Of a DNA stretch of 64,000 bases, positions 1-13,942 are shown piece by piece. Every line of letters begins with the position of its first letter. The first letter of the stretch is position 1. The notes beneath the pieces were generated by a model. That model was not told where the DNA came from and ran no database searches. It saw only the letters and a program-made list of their open reading frames with translations. Origin of the DNA: Paragordius varius (taxonomy: Eukaryota > Animalia > Nematomorpha); NCBI GenBank assembly GCA_964247055.1, contig OZ176059.1:2976001-3040000 (forward strand), in the 5' to 3' direction. The position numbers were made by a program, and so were the translations under genes.

Positions 1-9
1 TTTTTAATT

Positions 10-48
<39 letters not shown>

Positions 49-175
49 CCAAATTTTAAAGAAAAAGGGGAAATTTTTAAATAAAAGTCTTGCCGATAAT
101 CAGTCATATTTTATTTTTCCCTCAATCAGAATTTTTATAAGGCACTGGTCCATTTTTGTAAATTAAATTTTTTAG

Positions 176-880
176 GAATATTCGATTGATTGCCATGAAA
201 CAGAAAACCCACAACAATCTGATAATCATAATAATAATGATCTCTTGAATGGAAATGGATATAGACGAACAACTATTATCCCTTTAAGTTTTTAATTGAT
301 ATCTAATATTTATAAATTATATAAATATTTTTTTTGTAATAATTTTTATAAAATATTACAAAAAATATGTTTCAAATTAAGGGTAAGATATATATATATA
401 AATTTTGACCTGCCATTTCCGATTTGATATTTAATAAATTAATCATTTGTCAAACTGGTTTGTAAAAAATAATAACTTATATGCCCCAAAATCGATGAAT
501 GATATCTTAATTTGATTGATTAATTTTTTCCTTTGTTGTACCTCGTGTTAATTGTGAGACAAATTGACGTAGTGTGTTATTACCCCTCCTGGATAAACTT
601 CTATTAATTGGAAATTGTTAAACGAATTTAGAACATGTTTTTTTTGCGTTCATATATATAATAAATTTTGACTTTATTATATATATATATTACCATAAAA
701 ACTTTTTCAGATGTAAAAATGAGTTAAAATACAAAAATAATGTTATACAATATAGGTTTGACATTGTTCTCACTTATAATTATTATAAATATTAATGAAA
801 CGGTTAAATAATTGTGATAGTGATTTAAATACCCACAAAAAGGAAAGCAATGGAAGGGACTTAATATTTTTGTCCAGCAA

Positions 881-931
<51 letters not shown>

Positions 932-3687
932 ATTTGCGTTATGTATTTGTAGATTCAATATCAAGCACAGAAGCGAATAGTGTCTTGGAGTGCGAAGTAA
1001 TTTTTATTTGTAAATGGATTGTTTTAAATATCATTTTTTTAATAATTATATAGTTAATCCAAATATAATCTCAAAGTATCATGAAAAATCGTATAAATTG
1101 CTTCTAGTTGAAAAAGAAACAACAAATCACTTTTTACAGGCTATATTAACAAACACTTTAACAATTAGAATATATATATATATATATATATGATGCATTA
1201 TAAATCATGTTAATTTAAACATCATATAACGCTAACAAATATTTATATTTTATTATTGATATTTTATTATGTGTAGAATACCTGTGATGATGAAATTTTA
1301 TACCACAGTTCCATGTTAAGACATCGACCTTCTTGCATTGATGCACAATCCGATGCATTTTTGTCACAATATTTAAATGGTAATACCAAATCCGAAAGCG
1401 ACACACAAGATTTGATTGAACAAAAAATGTCCATTCTTGGTTTGGTAAGTTTGTATGTGTTTTATATATATACCATTTACAATTCAAATTCACCTTTAAA
1501 CAATTCAAATTCACCCTTGAACAATTCAAATTTACCCTCGGACAATTCAAATTCACCCTAAAAATAAATTATGAAATTTCGGTCCAATATAACTCATCAT
1601 TATAATTAAATATATTTTTATGGCAAAGTTTACTATTTTTTCAGTATTATTTTGATTACTTACAAAGTTTTTTTTTAAAAAAATATAAAAAAATATAGGT
1701 AGTTCTTAATCTTAAAAAACATATAATTTATTTGAGGGTGAATTTGAATTGTTCGAAGGTGAATTTGAATTGTTCAAGGGTGAACTAGAATTGTTTAAGG
1801 GTGAATTTGAACTGTAAATGGTATAGTACACCACTTTCCTCTATATTTACCCCATTTTTGGGAGCATTGCATTGCTCAATATACGCATCATGACCCTTTT
1901 TTAAGTATAATAAAAATGACATTTTTTAATTATACTCAGCTTTTACAACAATATATAACGTTTAATAATCTCAAATATATTTATAAAAGTCATCAAATTT
2001 TATTTTTTTTATTGTTATTGGCATATTACCAAAGGCATCTAAATGCCCTTAAACTAGTAACTTTATGGAGAGTATACACATCTTTATACGTTTAAAACGT
2101 AAAAATTATTTTTTTATGAGTTTGTAATCAGAAAAGTGAATAATAAAAAGCTTGTTGGGGGGCGAGGAATCTTCTATCATTACCATTTATGTATATTAGT
2201 TTTATATAACATGATATCATAGATCCATTTGGAATTATGTCGATGCTATGAAAATGGGAGATTAAACGTTACCACAAATTGCCTTGCACAAAATACTAAT
2301 GATAATGGACAAAATCCTAATAATACTACCAATAATAATTGCAATAATAATGAATCCATAAAGACAGCAAATATTTCAAATTTACAATGCGCTTTTTTCC
2401 ACCTTAAATTAGCTGCCCAGTGTGGCTTAGGTCTCGCCTGTGATCAACTGGCACGAATTTATTTGGGCCTCCCTCGACAATTATTACCTGATTACGATAA
2501 TTTACATGATGTTGAAATTAAACCAATATATATATATTTGTCTAAAACGGGACCTTAAAACTGTTAATATTTTTAATTTGAGAAATTTTGTTAACTAGCA
2601 TTGATCGGCACATAAATGCAAATATTTTTATTGAGAAAGTCCACACAAAAAGCGTATAATTCTACTGATATATGGGAAATAATTTGTTATGATCTAATAA
2701 CTTTATATTATTTAAAAAAGATTTAATTTTGACAATCAATAACTACTCAATAATTACCATTCGTTTTCTTACTTAGTTTAAAGTTATAACCAAGTTTGAT
2801 TATTTTTGAAAAGATTACCTTTGTAATTTTTTAAATGTTTACTAAAACTTTGGATTCTATATTTTTACAATATATTTGTAAGGAGGACTTAAGCGATGCC
2901 TATAAACGCGAAACTGGATTGAAATACATGGAACGGGCAGCAAATTTAGATTATTCAACATCTATGCATTATCTAGCTCAAACCTATCAAAAGGGGTTCC
3001 ATAATACGTAATAATGTTATTAAATAAATATTTTTTAATGGCTATAAATTAGTAAAAAGGCTAATAAATTATTGGTTTCTAGAAATAATTTAGACTACGG
3101 GTGTTCACAAATAGCTTCGCGGGCCGCATTTTTGACCTAAAAAAATGGAAGGCCGCATTTGAAATATATATATATATATATGGGCATATAAAGGTAAGAC
3201 TGAAAATGCCGATACAATATAACAATTTTTTCTAGATTTTATCCATTATTTAGATATTTTTTTAAGAAATATCAGTTTAACTAAAAGGTATTGTGAGTAA
3301 ATTATGCAAATTAAGGATAAATTTTTCGCGGTCCACATATAAGGTCTTGGAGGACTGCGTGTTGGCTACCCCTGAGTGAATATGTAGAATTACATATTTT
3401 GCGTTATTAATTGTAAATAACATGTATAACTACATCATCCTTAAATAAATATACAGGATTTTTTTCAAAATCCTTGCTAACTGCTTTAAAACACCCAATT
3501 CGATTTATAAAAAAAATGAAAATGATTTTATGTTATCTATCCTTTTTGTCATTTATTTATTTATGTTGATATTTTAGAAATGAACAGAAGCATATATTAG
3601 TTAGTATGATGCAGACTAGATAATTTAATATATTCTAGTAGCCACAAAAACCCTAAAAACCTTAATACGTGTCATAGGGTGATATAA

Positions 3688-3734
<47 letters not shown>

Positions 3735-5025
3735 GAATATAGTCGGTAAGGCGAATATTGGAAAATTTCCATACTGGACAACCGATTGTATAGGAATTTA
3801 CCCAAATATCATAATTCTTTATGATCCATAAGCCAGGATCGAGCTTTTTTTATAACTAGCAAATCAGTATTCATTATGTGTGACCGATGAGTTTTTAATA
3901 GGACGAAACACGTCTCACACTATGACACGTGGTATTCACGCCAATAAATTTAGGTTTCTGTAGGTCTCTGTTGTTTAATAGGATATAATCAATTATTTTG
4001 TCTTTTAGTTAAAATTATTACCAGGAACCTATAATACGATTGATTTTTTTCAATTTCCTATGGTGTTACTCCTATTTTTTGGATTTTAAAAGTTCATTTT
4101 TGAGTTTATCTAAAAAAAATAAGGTTTCATTAAACGCACATTAGGTACTTTTAAATTTTAAACACTCTATATATATAATTATAATTTATTATGTTATTTA
4201 AGCCCAAAAGATATAAAAAAGGCTATACATTGGTCCACAAAACTCCTGGAAAGTTTAAATAAACAAAACCATCATCAAGATTTACAAAACGATGACGCTA
4301 AAAATGATATCAATGTTGATTATGAATTAGCTGTGATTGAACCATTAGTGTATTCTGAACAAAATTTTTCCATACATAAATTATATGCAAACCTTGGTGA
4401 ATTGCATAAACAACAATATGATATGTGTGGTGAAAGCAAACATTTAAATAAAGCTGGTAATTATATGCCTTTTTTATTTTAAATAATTTGTGAAAACACT
4501 TAAGTCTAGGGAGGAATCGGAAATGAAACCGTTTTTTTTCCGAAAACCGAAGCTAAAACCACAGTATTTTTTTCAAAATTAAAATTATTTCCGTGTTGGT
4601 TTTGAGAACCGGTATGGTGAATACCAAAAATAATTGCTTAAAATTTATTATTTTTAAATTAATAATAGAATGTTAATCATATTTAGTAATATTGTTTTAT
4701 AATTTATAATCATAAAAATATGAATTTTAGACATTTTTCAAAAGGTAGTTTATATTTTAATGGTTATGATTATCTCTTTAAAGCCATTTATTCACTCTAT
4801 GTAAAATTACGGATGAATATTTAGAAATTTAAAAAGTGGGACGAAATTTAAAACAATTAAACTGGAACTGTTTTTGTAAAAACAAATGTTTCTACACCAT
4901 TCAAGGGGACTGTTATTTTTTAAAAATATTTGGAACCAGTATCAGGAAAAATTAATATCGAATTAGAAATCGCTGATAAAATCTAGTGTAATTAACCTTA
5001 TAAAATAAAAAAAATTTAGTTTTGT

Positions 5026-5089
<64 letters not shown>

Positions 5090-5207
5090 TTTGTGTAAAG
5101 TTCAATACTATAATATGGCCAGCGAAACAGCACTGCAAGCTTTAGAAGGAAAATTAGCGATAAAATACTTGACTCTTGCCGAGGAATGTAACACTAATAA
5201 TATATAA
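176..5207 (+). CDS. EEF2K: Eukaryotic elongation factor 2 kinase, C-terminal part (SEL1-like/TPR region); 5' exons including the alpha-kinase domain lie upstream of the window
   Basis: Phase-compatible GT-AG exons 953-996, 1277-1444, 2223-2510, 2883-3007, 4203-4456, 5101-5207 (176-287 tentative). Translation RPSCI..SILGL/IHLELCRCYENGRL..AFFHLKLAAQCG..LARIYLGLPRQLL..GLKYMERAANL..KAIHWS..YNMASETALQALEGKLAIKYLTLAEE* parallels the eEF2K C-terminus (SILGKVHLAMVRYHEGGRF..AVFHLEHAA..AAEAAMEAMKGRLANQYY..AEE). Confidence 0.9.
1471..1823. mobile_element. TA-flanked MITE family M1 (TIR TACCATTTACAATTCAAATTCACC plus subterminal 21-bp repeats)
   Basis: Left arm has repeats of CAATTCAAATTCACCCTTGAA; right arm has their reverse complements, ending GTAAATGGTA. 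Confidence 0.85.
3096..3374. mobile_element. H1 MITE in an eEF2K intron
   Basis: ..GGGTGTTCACAAATAGCTTCGCGGGCCGC..GCGTGTTGGCTACCCCTG. Confidence 0.7.
3878..3920 (+). ncRNA. Minimal type I hammerhead ribozyme-like motif (variant core CCGAUGA) in an eEF2K intron
   Basis: GTGTGA-CCGATGA-GTTTT(TAAT)AGGAC-GAAA-CAC-GTC-TCACAC: 6-bp stem I, 5-bp stem II with two G-U pairs, GUC cleavage triplet. Confidence 0.65.
5031..5084. repeat. (TA)27 microsatellite, representative of many (TA)n tracts
   Basis: Others at about 13-42, 887-926, 3694-3730, 17820-17843, 21327-21348, 23750-23799, 28652-28686, 32830-32869, 36627-36653, 44751-44785. Confidence 0.95.
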
Positions 5208-7847
5208 TTCTCCTAATTTAACAATATGGTCATTTTAGTATTATTCCTTTATTACTTCAAATAGGATAATAATGTTTTGAAAAACTATTTTATTACAAAG
5301 TCCATCCAACGAGTTGTATATTTTGTTATTTTTGTACTATTTAATTTTTGTTATGATTGAGAAAATAAATTAATTTAAATGATAATTATTTCGATATTGT
5401 TCCTAAAATTACAGGACAAGTTTTTTTATAATTTTCTCTTGGACTTTTTACGGTTCCAACATTTTTAACGACTCTATTCCAAATTTATAAGGACTAATCT
5501 GGTTCCGACATTTCGTTTCGATAATATACCCAGAAATTAGCATTTTTTTGTGATTTTTATTAGGATAATTTACACTAGACAACAATTTTTTCTGCCTGAC
5601 GAGTTTTTTGCATTATCTTATATGTACTATTTTAATAGTTAATCCGAAATAAAAATTATAATTTCACCTGAGGATTTTTGATAATTTAATTTTTTTATGA
5701 TTATCCCCCTCTTTATCATAATTTTTAGAAATGTTTTTCTCTGAAAATATACAACAAATGCCCATTTTGTAATATATCATTCGAAAGAGTAATGAAAACT
5801 CTACATAATGCATACTAATATGTTTTATATCGAAAGTTAATATTGGACATAGGAAGCGACAAACGCGCGAAGCATGAGCGTTTTTCAATTAATAAATTTT
5901 TAAAACTAATGGATGATAATCGTTCAAACTTTGTGTAGTTGGCAATGAATGACCAAAAAAGATAACACAAAAAAGTTTTATGATTACAACACTTATTTAT
6001 TGCTTATATTTAATTTAAAACCGCCATTTAATTTTTTCTGAAAAATTCATAATATGAATTTTTTTTCTTTAGGCCTATAATTTCGAAAGTCGAATGACTA
6101 AAATTATAGTTTAAGGTATTCTTGATCTTAATTAACCATTATCTGATAAATTTACAATTATAACTATTTTTAGTATCCACTAGGTAATTATTTTTGATAA
6201 TAAAATTTTCTATTAGGCAAACCAAAAGCTTTTTCCAAGATTTTTTTAAACATAATAATATAACCCCAAAATTTAAAATAATTTATTTGATTTTTAAATT
6301 AGGTCTTTGAATTTTTTAACTTATTTTAAGGTTGAAAAAACCATATAAACCCAAATAACTTTTACATCGGATTGTTTTAAATGACTAATTACCGTTCGAA
6401 AGATACAGTTCGTGCTCTTTCGAATGATATATATTACATGGCTCTATATCTAAAACTGTTAATTTTAAAAATTATTGTTAAATCGGGACCAAAAATTTTT
6501 GATAAACCCTGGTAAAAAACTTAAGTGTTAGACCTTTTTTTCAGATCTACTATTTATGTTTAATGTATATTTAAATTTATGGGAATTGCATTTAAAAAAA
6601 GTCCAAATTTGTTGTCTAGTGTTATTAAATCTGTTATGTTAAAGGCTCACACAATAAAAATATTTTTTTATAAAATAATTAATCGTTAAAAATTTTTAAT
6701 AAATATATTAATGTTTTAGCACAAAAATTTTTTGGCGGACTCTTTACCAAATCTAGGTAAAATTACATGTTCCTGCGTCCTACGGGGGGTATTAAAATGA
6801 CCTGTAAATATATATATATACTAATTGGAAAATGTGTCAAGATTATCAAGTGGCCTTTACAGTGATTTAACAAAGTTATTTTCACTTTCGTGGTAAGTGC
6901 TCCATGTCAGAAAATCGCAAAAGTTTTTGTTTAAATTAAATTTTTGTAAAAGCTAGAGGCTTCATGTCAAAAATTATCCCTAAAATATATCATAAACTAC
7001 ATATAAAAAGCAAAAGAATGTTTTAAATTTTAGATGTGGGCGCCGAAAGTCCCGAATTTCGCATTTTTAAAATGGGTCAAATGCCAGGATTGCGCGATAA
7101 AAATTTTAATTAAGACTAGATTATCGACTAAAAATATTTTTTAAAAAAGGAAACATTTCACAAAAATTTAATTGTTAGCGAAATTTTGTTGATGCGTACT
7201 TCACATTAATTTGTATGATAGAAACGTTTGAAAGACGCTTGATATCATAAAAACACTTTTTCTATATAACTCGATGATGCTGAACGTTTCTATCATTTCG
7301 AAATTTGATTAAAATATTTGTTCATCTTCACTGAAAGCGAAATATTAGTATAATCTAATTAGTAATAAGCGTTTTTAAACCGTTTTCATCATGACTCAAA
7401 ATATTGTAGTATGTTTTAGCAAATTTAAAATTAAGTTTTTGAAAAAAATGCATAAAAAATGTTTTTAATTGATTCAAAATTTAGCAAAAATTTTAAACTA
7501 ATTCCTGGAAAAAAATCGGGACTTTTGGGTCGAAAATATTGTTTACCTTTTTATATGTAGTTTCTAATATATCTCAGTGATATTTTTTGGAATGGAACCT
7601 CTGGCATTTGCTAAAAAACTTGTTCAAAAAATATGCGAAATTTTACCATTTTCTGATACAAGGTTATACCACAAAAAGGGCAATAATTTTTTATATAATT
7701 CGTAGGTCCAAAACCAAAACACTATGATAATCCTGCGTTTTCCTATCAGAATAACATATCAACATGTTATTCATTTGTGGACACTGTGCATACACATAAT
7801 ATAATTTTTAATGTAATATATATTTGAATAACTCCTGATAGAGTTAA

Positions 7848-8408
7848 CACTTCGATTATTGGGGTATCTAAATCCCCCTAAATTTGAGTTGGGATTATTA
7901 AAAAACTATGAAGGAAACGGTCCCAAATTAAATTTATGCTTCTATCCTAATAAAATTATATAAATATGCCAAAATATGTAAATAAAATATTGTTTTGAAA
8001 AAAAGTTTCATGTCCAACTACTTCGACGCCATTTTTATTCATTTTTGCAAATTTTTGTTTTCATTTTTATTTTAAGGGTTAAATTAAAGCTAATTTTTTT
8101 TTAATTACATCTAACATTGATAGAAATAGAAAAAGCTGTTTATTTTGCATTTTTTTTAATTTTACCATTGCACGTATGTCATGTTGACTGAATTTTTACC
8201 TTTCGGTTTTAGCTTAAAATAAGTAATATCATGTATTTTTGAATAAATTTTTTATATATTTCGGTTTATTAATGTAATATAAGTGCAAGATTTTTTCATG
8301 GTTTTATTTGTTCATATCCTTTAAAGAATTTAATTTTAAACAAGCCTGGGGTAATTAACTACCCCAATTTGAATCGAAGGACTAAAATGAATGTGTTGTA
8401 TCCAAGTG
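7848..8408. mobile_element. piggyBac-like MITE, family P1
   Basis: TTAA on both sides (7844-47, 8409-12). Ends CACTTCGATT / TATCCAAGTG. Right end has an internal repeat TACCCCAATTTGAATCGAAG separated from the terminus by a spacer of about 25 nt. Homologous to 32895 and 37743. Confidence 0.8.
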
Positions 8409-8411
8409 TTA

Positions 8412-8425
8412 AATAAATATATACA
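8412..8425 (+). promoter_or_regulatory. Candidate TATA box of the sHSP gene
   Basis: AATAAATATATACA about 60 nt upstream of the ATG. Weak evidence in such AT-rich DNA. Confidence 0.3.
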
Positions 8426-8483
8426 AATCATCTGTTATCTCTACGTACACTATTATTGCTTACACGCCATCCACCATATTTAA

Positions 8484-9034
8484 ATGTCTCTGATACCCTT
8501 TTCACCTTTCGACGATATGAGTAGTGGGCGTTGGTTTCCATGGTCTGTGGCTCCTCCTGTTTTGTTTAATCAAAATTTTGGATCTGACCTGGCCGAAATG
8601 AATAATTTTATGCGATCAGCGATGAATCGAACATCTTCGGGTTTATCCGAAATGAATGTTGACAAGAATCATTTTGAAGTAAAATTGGATTGTCATCATT
8701 TTAAGCCGGAAGAAATGTCTGTAAAAGTCAAAGACAATATGTAAGAAATTTTAATTTTTGGCCGTTTTTTTGCTTATATTATATTCCTTTTCCTCTACAT
8801 AGGGTAACTATACATGCAAAACATGAGGAGAAACAAGATGAACACGGATACATATCGCGTGAATTTACCCGTTCTTATCTTTTACCGCCTGGGTGTGATA
8901 TAAATAAACTTAAAAGTCAGTTCACCAATAGTGGCATGCTTTCTATTGAGTGCCCACGCCAAGTCCCTGAAGAAAAGGGTGTTCGTAGCATACCCATCGA
9001 AAGGGGAAATACCAAATCTATTACCAACAACTAA
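8484..9034 (+). CDS. Small heat-shock protein, alpha-crystallin/HSP20 family, 162 aa
   Basis: Exons 8484-8740 and 8803-9034 with a 62-nt GT-AG intron. [66 protein letters not shown] is a typical metazoan alpha-crystallin domain plus IXI motif. Confidence 0.96.
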
Positions 9035-10953
9035 AAAAGTAGTCATTTATCCTATTGTCACTGCACAACACCACTTTACATTTTGATTTTTAATTGTTAA
9101 CCTTTTTATTAAAATGCTTTAGTTATTTCTTTTTGAATCACTAAACCATTAATAGTTATATTAGTTGATATTATATTTGGTTGACTAGTTTTAGAAAATT
9201 ATAGTCTTCATTATAGTATAGTTGTTTTATTAGTTATTAATAAATTTTAAATTTAGCATATTGCGTTTAATACATAATGCCTTTATATGCATGTTTTTTT
9301 GGAGCATAGCACACATTAATTAATGCCAATAGAAAATCAATATTGACGAAAATTAGTGTTTTTTGATTTTATATATAATTTGGCCAAAACTGATATCGTA
9401 CATTTTCATCCTGTTTTATATCAATTTATGTTTCTATTAAATTTTAAGGCATCCTTAAAATGAACACCTATATCATTTATAAAATTTCCCCCCCTATGTT
9501 AAATCCATATTGCATAAAATAATAGGAATTAATGATTTAGTTTCAGCCATATTCAAATCCCATTGTTAAATTTTAAAAACTGTGTCCCAGAATGATTGCA
9601 GTATATATAACGACTATTAACTGTGCAAAAACACCTATACTCCTTCAAAAAAATTATGGTAATTTTTTCAAAGCTAAAAATTGAAAAAATAGTCAATTCT
9701 GAGTTATATTCTGCATCATTGATTCTTATTATTAAATTTTTAAGGGCAGCAAATCATATTTATTTTTTCTCTGAAGTGCCGTGCACCACATAATACCGAT
9801 AAAAATTTCATAGATGTTTGACACATTTGTAGAATTTATACTTAAATTCATCAAAAATAATTAATTTAGGGCCATAAAAAAGCACTTTGAATCGAGATGT
9901 GATTGTAATTATGTGTGATATATTTTATTTTCCCGTTTAATTGCTACCATGCTTTAATCTCAAGATTGGGTTATTGACTACATTTATTTCAGTATAAAAT
10001 GTTTTCCGAAATCTATAATCAAAATTTATGAGTGATAACTTAAAGAATGTTATATTTATTTACAATAATTTGAATAACAAAAGGTTATGCTACAAGCTAA
10101 AATTATTTCATAATTTTTAAAATATCACCTCTTAAATACACCTTATTTAACATTTAGATAAACAGCTTATTTTATAATTATAACCCAAAAAATACTAATT
10201 TTTCTGAAATCAGTGCTTACTCAAAATAAAGAGTATTTTAAGTTATATATGAATAAAATTTTACAAAAAAGACTTATTCTGAGAAGCCAAAACGAGAAAA
10301 AACAAAATATAGTGAAATAGACTTATAGATACAAATTATCAAATAATTTTAATCAAGGTAGTGTATAACTCAGGGAAGTTTCATAATAATCGATACTTTT
10401 TAAAAAATAATTTTCTCTTTTTTAATTGATATTTTGAGGATTTCATCTTTTTTTTGAGAACAAGACCTCCGTTTTTTTCTTGTAACTACCATATATAAAA
10501 TCTCTAAGATACGACCCTAATTTGGCAAATCATAAATAAAGAGGACGTTAATTAATGTTCTTAATAAATCAAATTAACTGTGCCATAAATTTTAACCGGC
10601 CTTGGTAAATTATCAGCGATTTTAGATTTATAAATTGATTTCCCTATGTATTTAATAAAAATTTAAATTTATTAACCCCATTTATATTCACTGTATTAAC
10701 AAAACTAAAATGGTAGGTGACTAAAAAATAATTTATAATTGTTATCGATTCGTTTTCTCTAATGACCACTATAATTTTAATTAATTAAAACTTTTTTAAT
10801 CATAAATCTGTTATAATATTGACCCAATCATCATTAAAAGATATGTCATAAGATGAGGCTCCTGAAAATCAATTTAAAACAAATAAATATTAATTTATTT
10901 TAACAAATGGAAAAACAATAGATAATGACAACAATACATTGTATAGGAAATAT

Positions 10954-11124
10954 TTAAAATGTGTTAAATGCTTCCAAAGCCATTAACCGTGTATAGTTGA
11001 GCCATTCAAATGCCCATTTTTGATTCAAGGATAGTATTGAGCAATCTTGTAAGGTGACAGATTTTAACAATGGATTAAGGTCTAGGCACATGCGAAAACC
11101 ATGATGTTGTATCATATTGTGTTC
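10954..11124 (-). CDS. Alternative terminal GALNT exon 13b: second lectin gamma-subdomain
   Basis: ttttataacaag|GAA, phase 0, 171 nt to TAA. Encodes EHNMIQHHGFRMCLDLNPLLKSVTLQDCSILSLNQKWAFEWLNYTRLMALEAFNTF*, aligning to exon 13a [51 protein letters not shown] (minus strand) about 55 nt after the stop. Confidence 0.85.
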   Translation of the reverse strand, partial: EHNMIQHHGFRMCLDLNPLLKSVTLQDCSILSLNQKWAFEWLNYTRLMALEAFNTF

Positions 11125-13942
11125 CTTGTTATAAAATATTAGCTCATTGAGAGAATATATAATTTTATGGGATGCGCGTAAAAGTGTTATATACAGTATG
11201 CATTTTAATAGTTGCTTATATCACACTATAGTTGGTCAATTTGCTACACAGTATTGTATGAAAAAAAAAAACAAATTAATTAGCAAATTTTTCTTTTCTT
11301 ACATTACGTTGTTTATTTTATTCAATATTTAGTTGTTTTTTCCATATACTACTGTGACGCAAATTGCCAAACTATAGTGTGTAATAAGAGCAACCAAAAA
11401 ACAAGATTTGAATAAATGTTAAAAAATATTTGTCTTTTAGTTAATACGTCTTTTGTCTTTACAAATTTCGTTTACTACACAACCAAAAATTATAACCTAA
11501 AAAAATTATGTAAACAGAGTTTACAGCATATACACATGTGATTAGTAACAAAATTAATTACTATTTAGGAACTCAAATATACTAAATGTATGTAATTAAA
11601 ATTTGGTTATAATCGTTAAAGCGTGGTAGAGTGGTTAAGGCATGTAGCTTTTACAATATGCGAGTGGACTATGTTAAAGTTTAATTACCAAAATTGCAAA
11701 ATCTCATCCCTGGCTATACCAGCAAACGTTAAAAACTTAATGTTTCCTTATTTTAAATAAGATAGAGCTTTTATTTTTGATTAAAATAAGAATTTTGTAA
11801 ATTTGGCGATAATTTTATAAAGACTAAAACCACGGTTACTGATTTATTTTAAATGTTATTAAATTAAAAATTATCCATATTTTATATGCTCATTTTCTTA
11901 GCGTATCAAAAAAATATAGCATCAGGCATTTAAGGTAATTCCAAAATTAGATAAAAATTTATATATTACTTTCTGAAAATAAAATTATTATATATATATA
12001 TATATATATATATAATGAACCATCATGGTGTTTTTGGTTTAACTTAGGAGTATTTAAGAAACTTAGTTCCACTTTTTTTTTGTTAAAATGGCTAAAATAT
12101 ATTAAATTAATTTTATTTCGAAATTAATAGGGAGTTTATGTAAAATTTTTATCTCTATAAATGTGGGTATAAATTTCAGATTTTTGGATTCCTCAAAGCG
12201 GCTGTGTTCTCAAACTAAACGTAAAGATACTGACATTCTGGACAATTTATTATTGTGTACGACATCAAAAAATTATGTTAAAAGTTTACTTGATTAAAAT
12301 GTAATTTTAAAGATGATTTTGTCAAACCAATAAGCTGTTTTGGAGCATGAATGAAAAGGTATAAAACATTTTATATGATAACTTTTTCAAGTAATTCTAT
12401 GTTACTGCACATTTCTAACACTTCTAATTTCAACTTCGTACGTCTATACTATGTTTTTCAGACAAAAACTAATTAAATTTAATAACAAAATTAAATCTGA
12501 GATACTTGAAATGTTAAGCTATATTGAACTATAATGTAAAATGATCATGGTTTAAATTAATATATCAACATTTCGCTAAAATTATTAATTTACCCTAATA
12601 ATTAAATACTTATTTTTGGGCTAATTAACGCATTGATATGAATGTAAAATAGTTAATTTTATTTGGATTGTTATTATTTTAAACAAATTTTATTTTTTTA
12701 AAAATATAAAAATAGATAAATAATTATTTATTATAAAAAAATATTTTTTAGGGTATATTTGAAAAGTTTAAAGGAGAATTTGCAATTTTCTTCGGAATGT
12801 TCAAGAATCGATGTGTAAATAGAAAACTTATTGGATTTAATTGAAAAAACATAAAAATTTGCGAATGCGCCTATATAAAATAACAGTTTTTTATATACTA
12901 GAGTCATCTTGATATTTTCTTAATTTATAAAAATAAAACTCCTGTTTTTATTTAACTAACAACCAGCTTATGCACAAATCTAACCCTAATATTTTAGCAC
13001 TTTTTAATTGGAAAAATTTGATAAAATTAGGAATAACTACTTTAATAGAATTCAAACATTATTTCCACCATGATCATCCAATTAAACCAATTATTAATGA
13101 AATATTTTTTTGGTTTTTACATTTTTTCAGTTTTTTTAGATGAGTGCTTCCGGTTTTCAAAACAAACATGTATGTAGTAGATAAACTATTGTCATTTAAA
13201 ACGTAGAAATTATCATAACAAGTGTTTAACCCGTGATAGACACCAAAAATTTAGACGGGCCAGATTTAATGATTTTTGTCTTAAACGCCACATATAATAG
13301 ACAAGCATTTGATAGCCTCATATGCAGGCACTTATAAGCTTATTCAGTATACACCAGAATTTTTTGCGAATTATGCGCAATTATCATGATAATAACATCT
13401 ACCAAATTAACATATTTTATTATTAACCAATATTTGTAACGAATCTGGTTATCATAACATGTAAGTCTAACGTCGTGCCCCCAAATATTTAAACATATAG
13501 TATTTTAATATATACGCCTCGATAGATGTGTATTTGGGATATCTTGCCAGAACTCTCATATATATATATATATATATTACAGTTTAGAGTCTCTTTTTTC
13601 CTTTTTTATTAAAGGGCTCATAGATTTTCATTAAATATTTCTAATAGAATCATTGTGATCGATAAAAATCTTTACCAAGATGCGTATTATCAAAATTGAT
13701 GAATATAGTTCAGAGAGAGACGCAGAAAACATGTTAAATTCTATTTAATAATGTATTATCGATTCAAACGAAAATACGGAAAAACAAAAAATGTCGATAA
13801 AAATTTCAGAATGAATATTTATAAGTATTCAAAAAAATTTAATTCAGGGGCATTAAAAAAGCACTTTTTCGGCCGCATACGACCGTGAGCCGCGGTTTGA
13901 GTATTACTAGTTTAAATCTTCAATTTGGCGTCTTAAGATTAA

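Noticed and set aside
711-755. Possible eEF2K exon (tttttcag..TATAG|gtttg)
   Set aside because: Its only open frame is phase 2/2, incompatible with the neighbouring exons inferred here.
1215-1561. ORFs with periodic NLNC/NSP repeats (also 21944-22165)
   Set aside because: Translation of the 21-bp M1 MITE repeats; only 1277-1444 is real eEF2K exon.
1471-1823. Regularly spaced short repeats resembling a CRISPR array
   Set aside because: Units are contiguous with no unique spacers, mirrored at the other end as MITE arms, in a eukaryotic intron.
5596-5650. CTGACGAG hammerhead-like core
   Set aside because: No stem II or correctly placed GAAA and no stem I partner.
11621-11700. tRNA/SINE-like A box (TGGTAGAGTGG)
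   Set aside because: No recognisable B box or cloverleaf.
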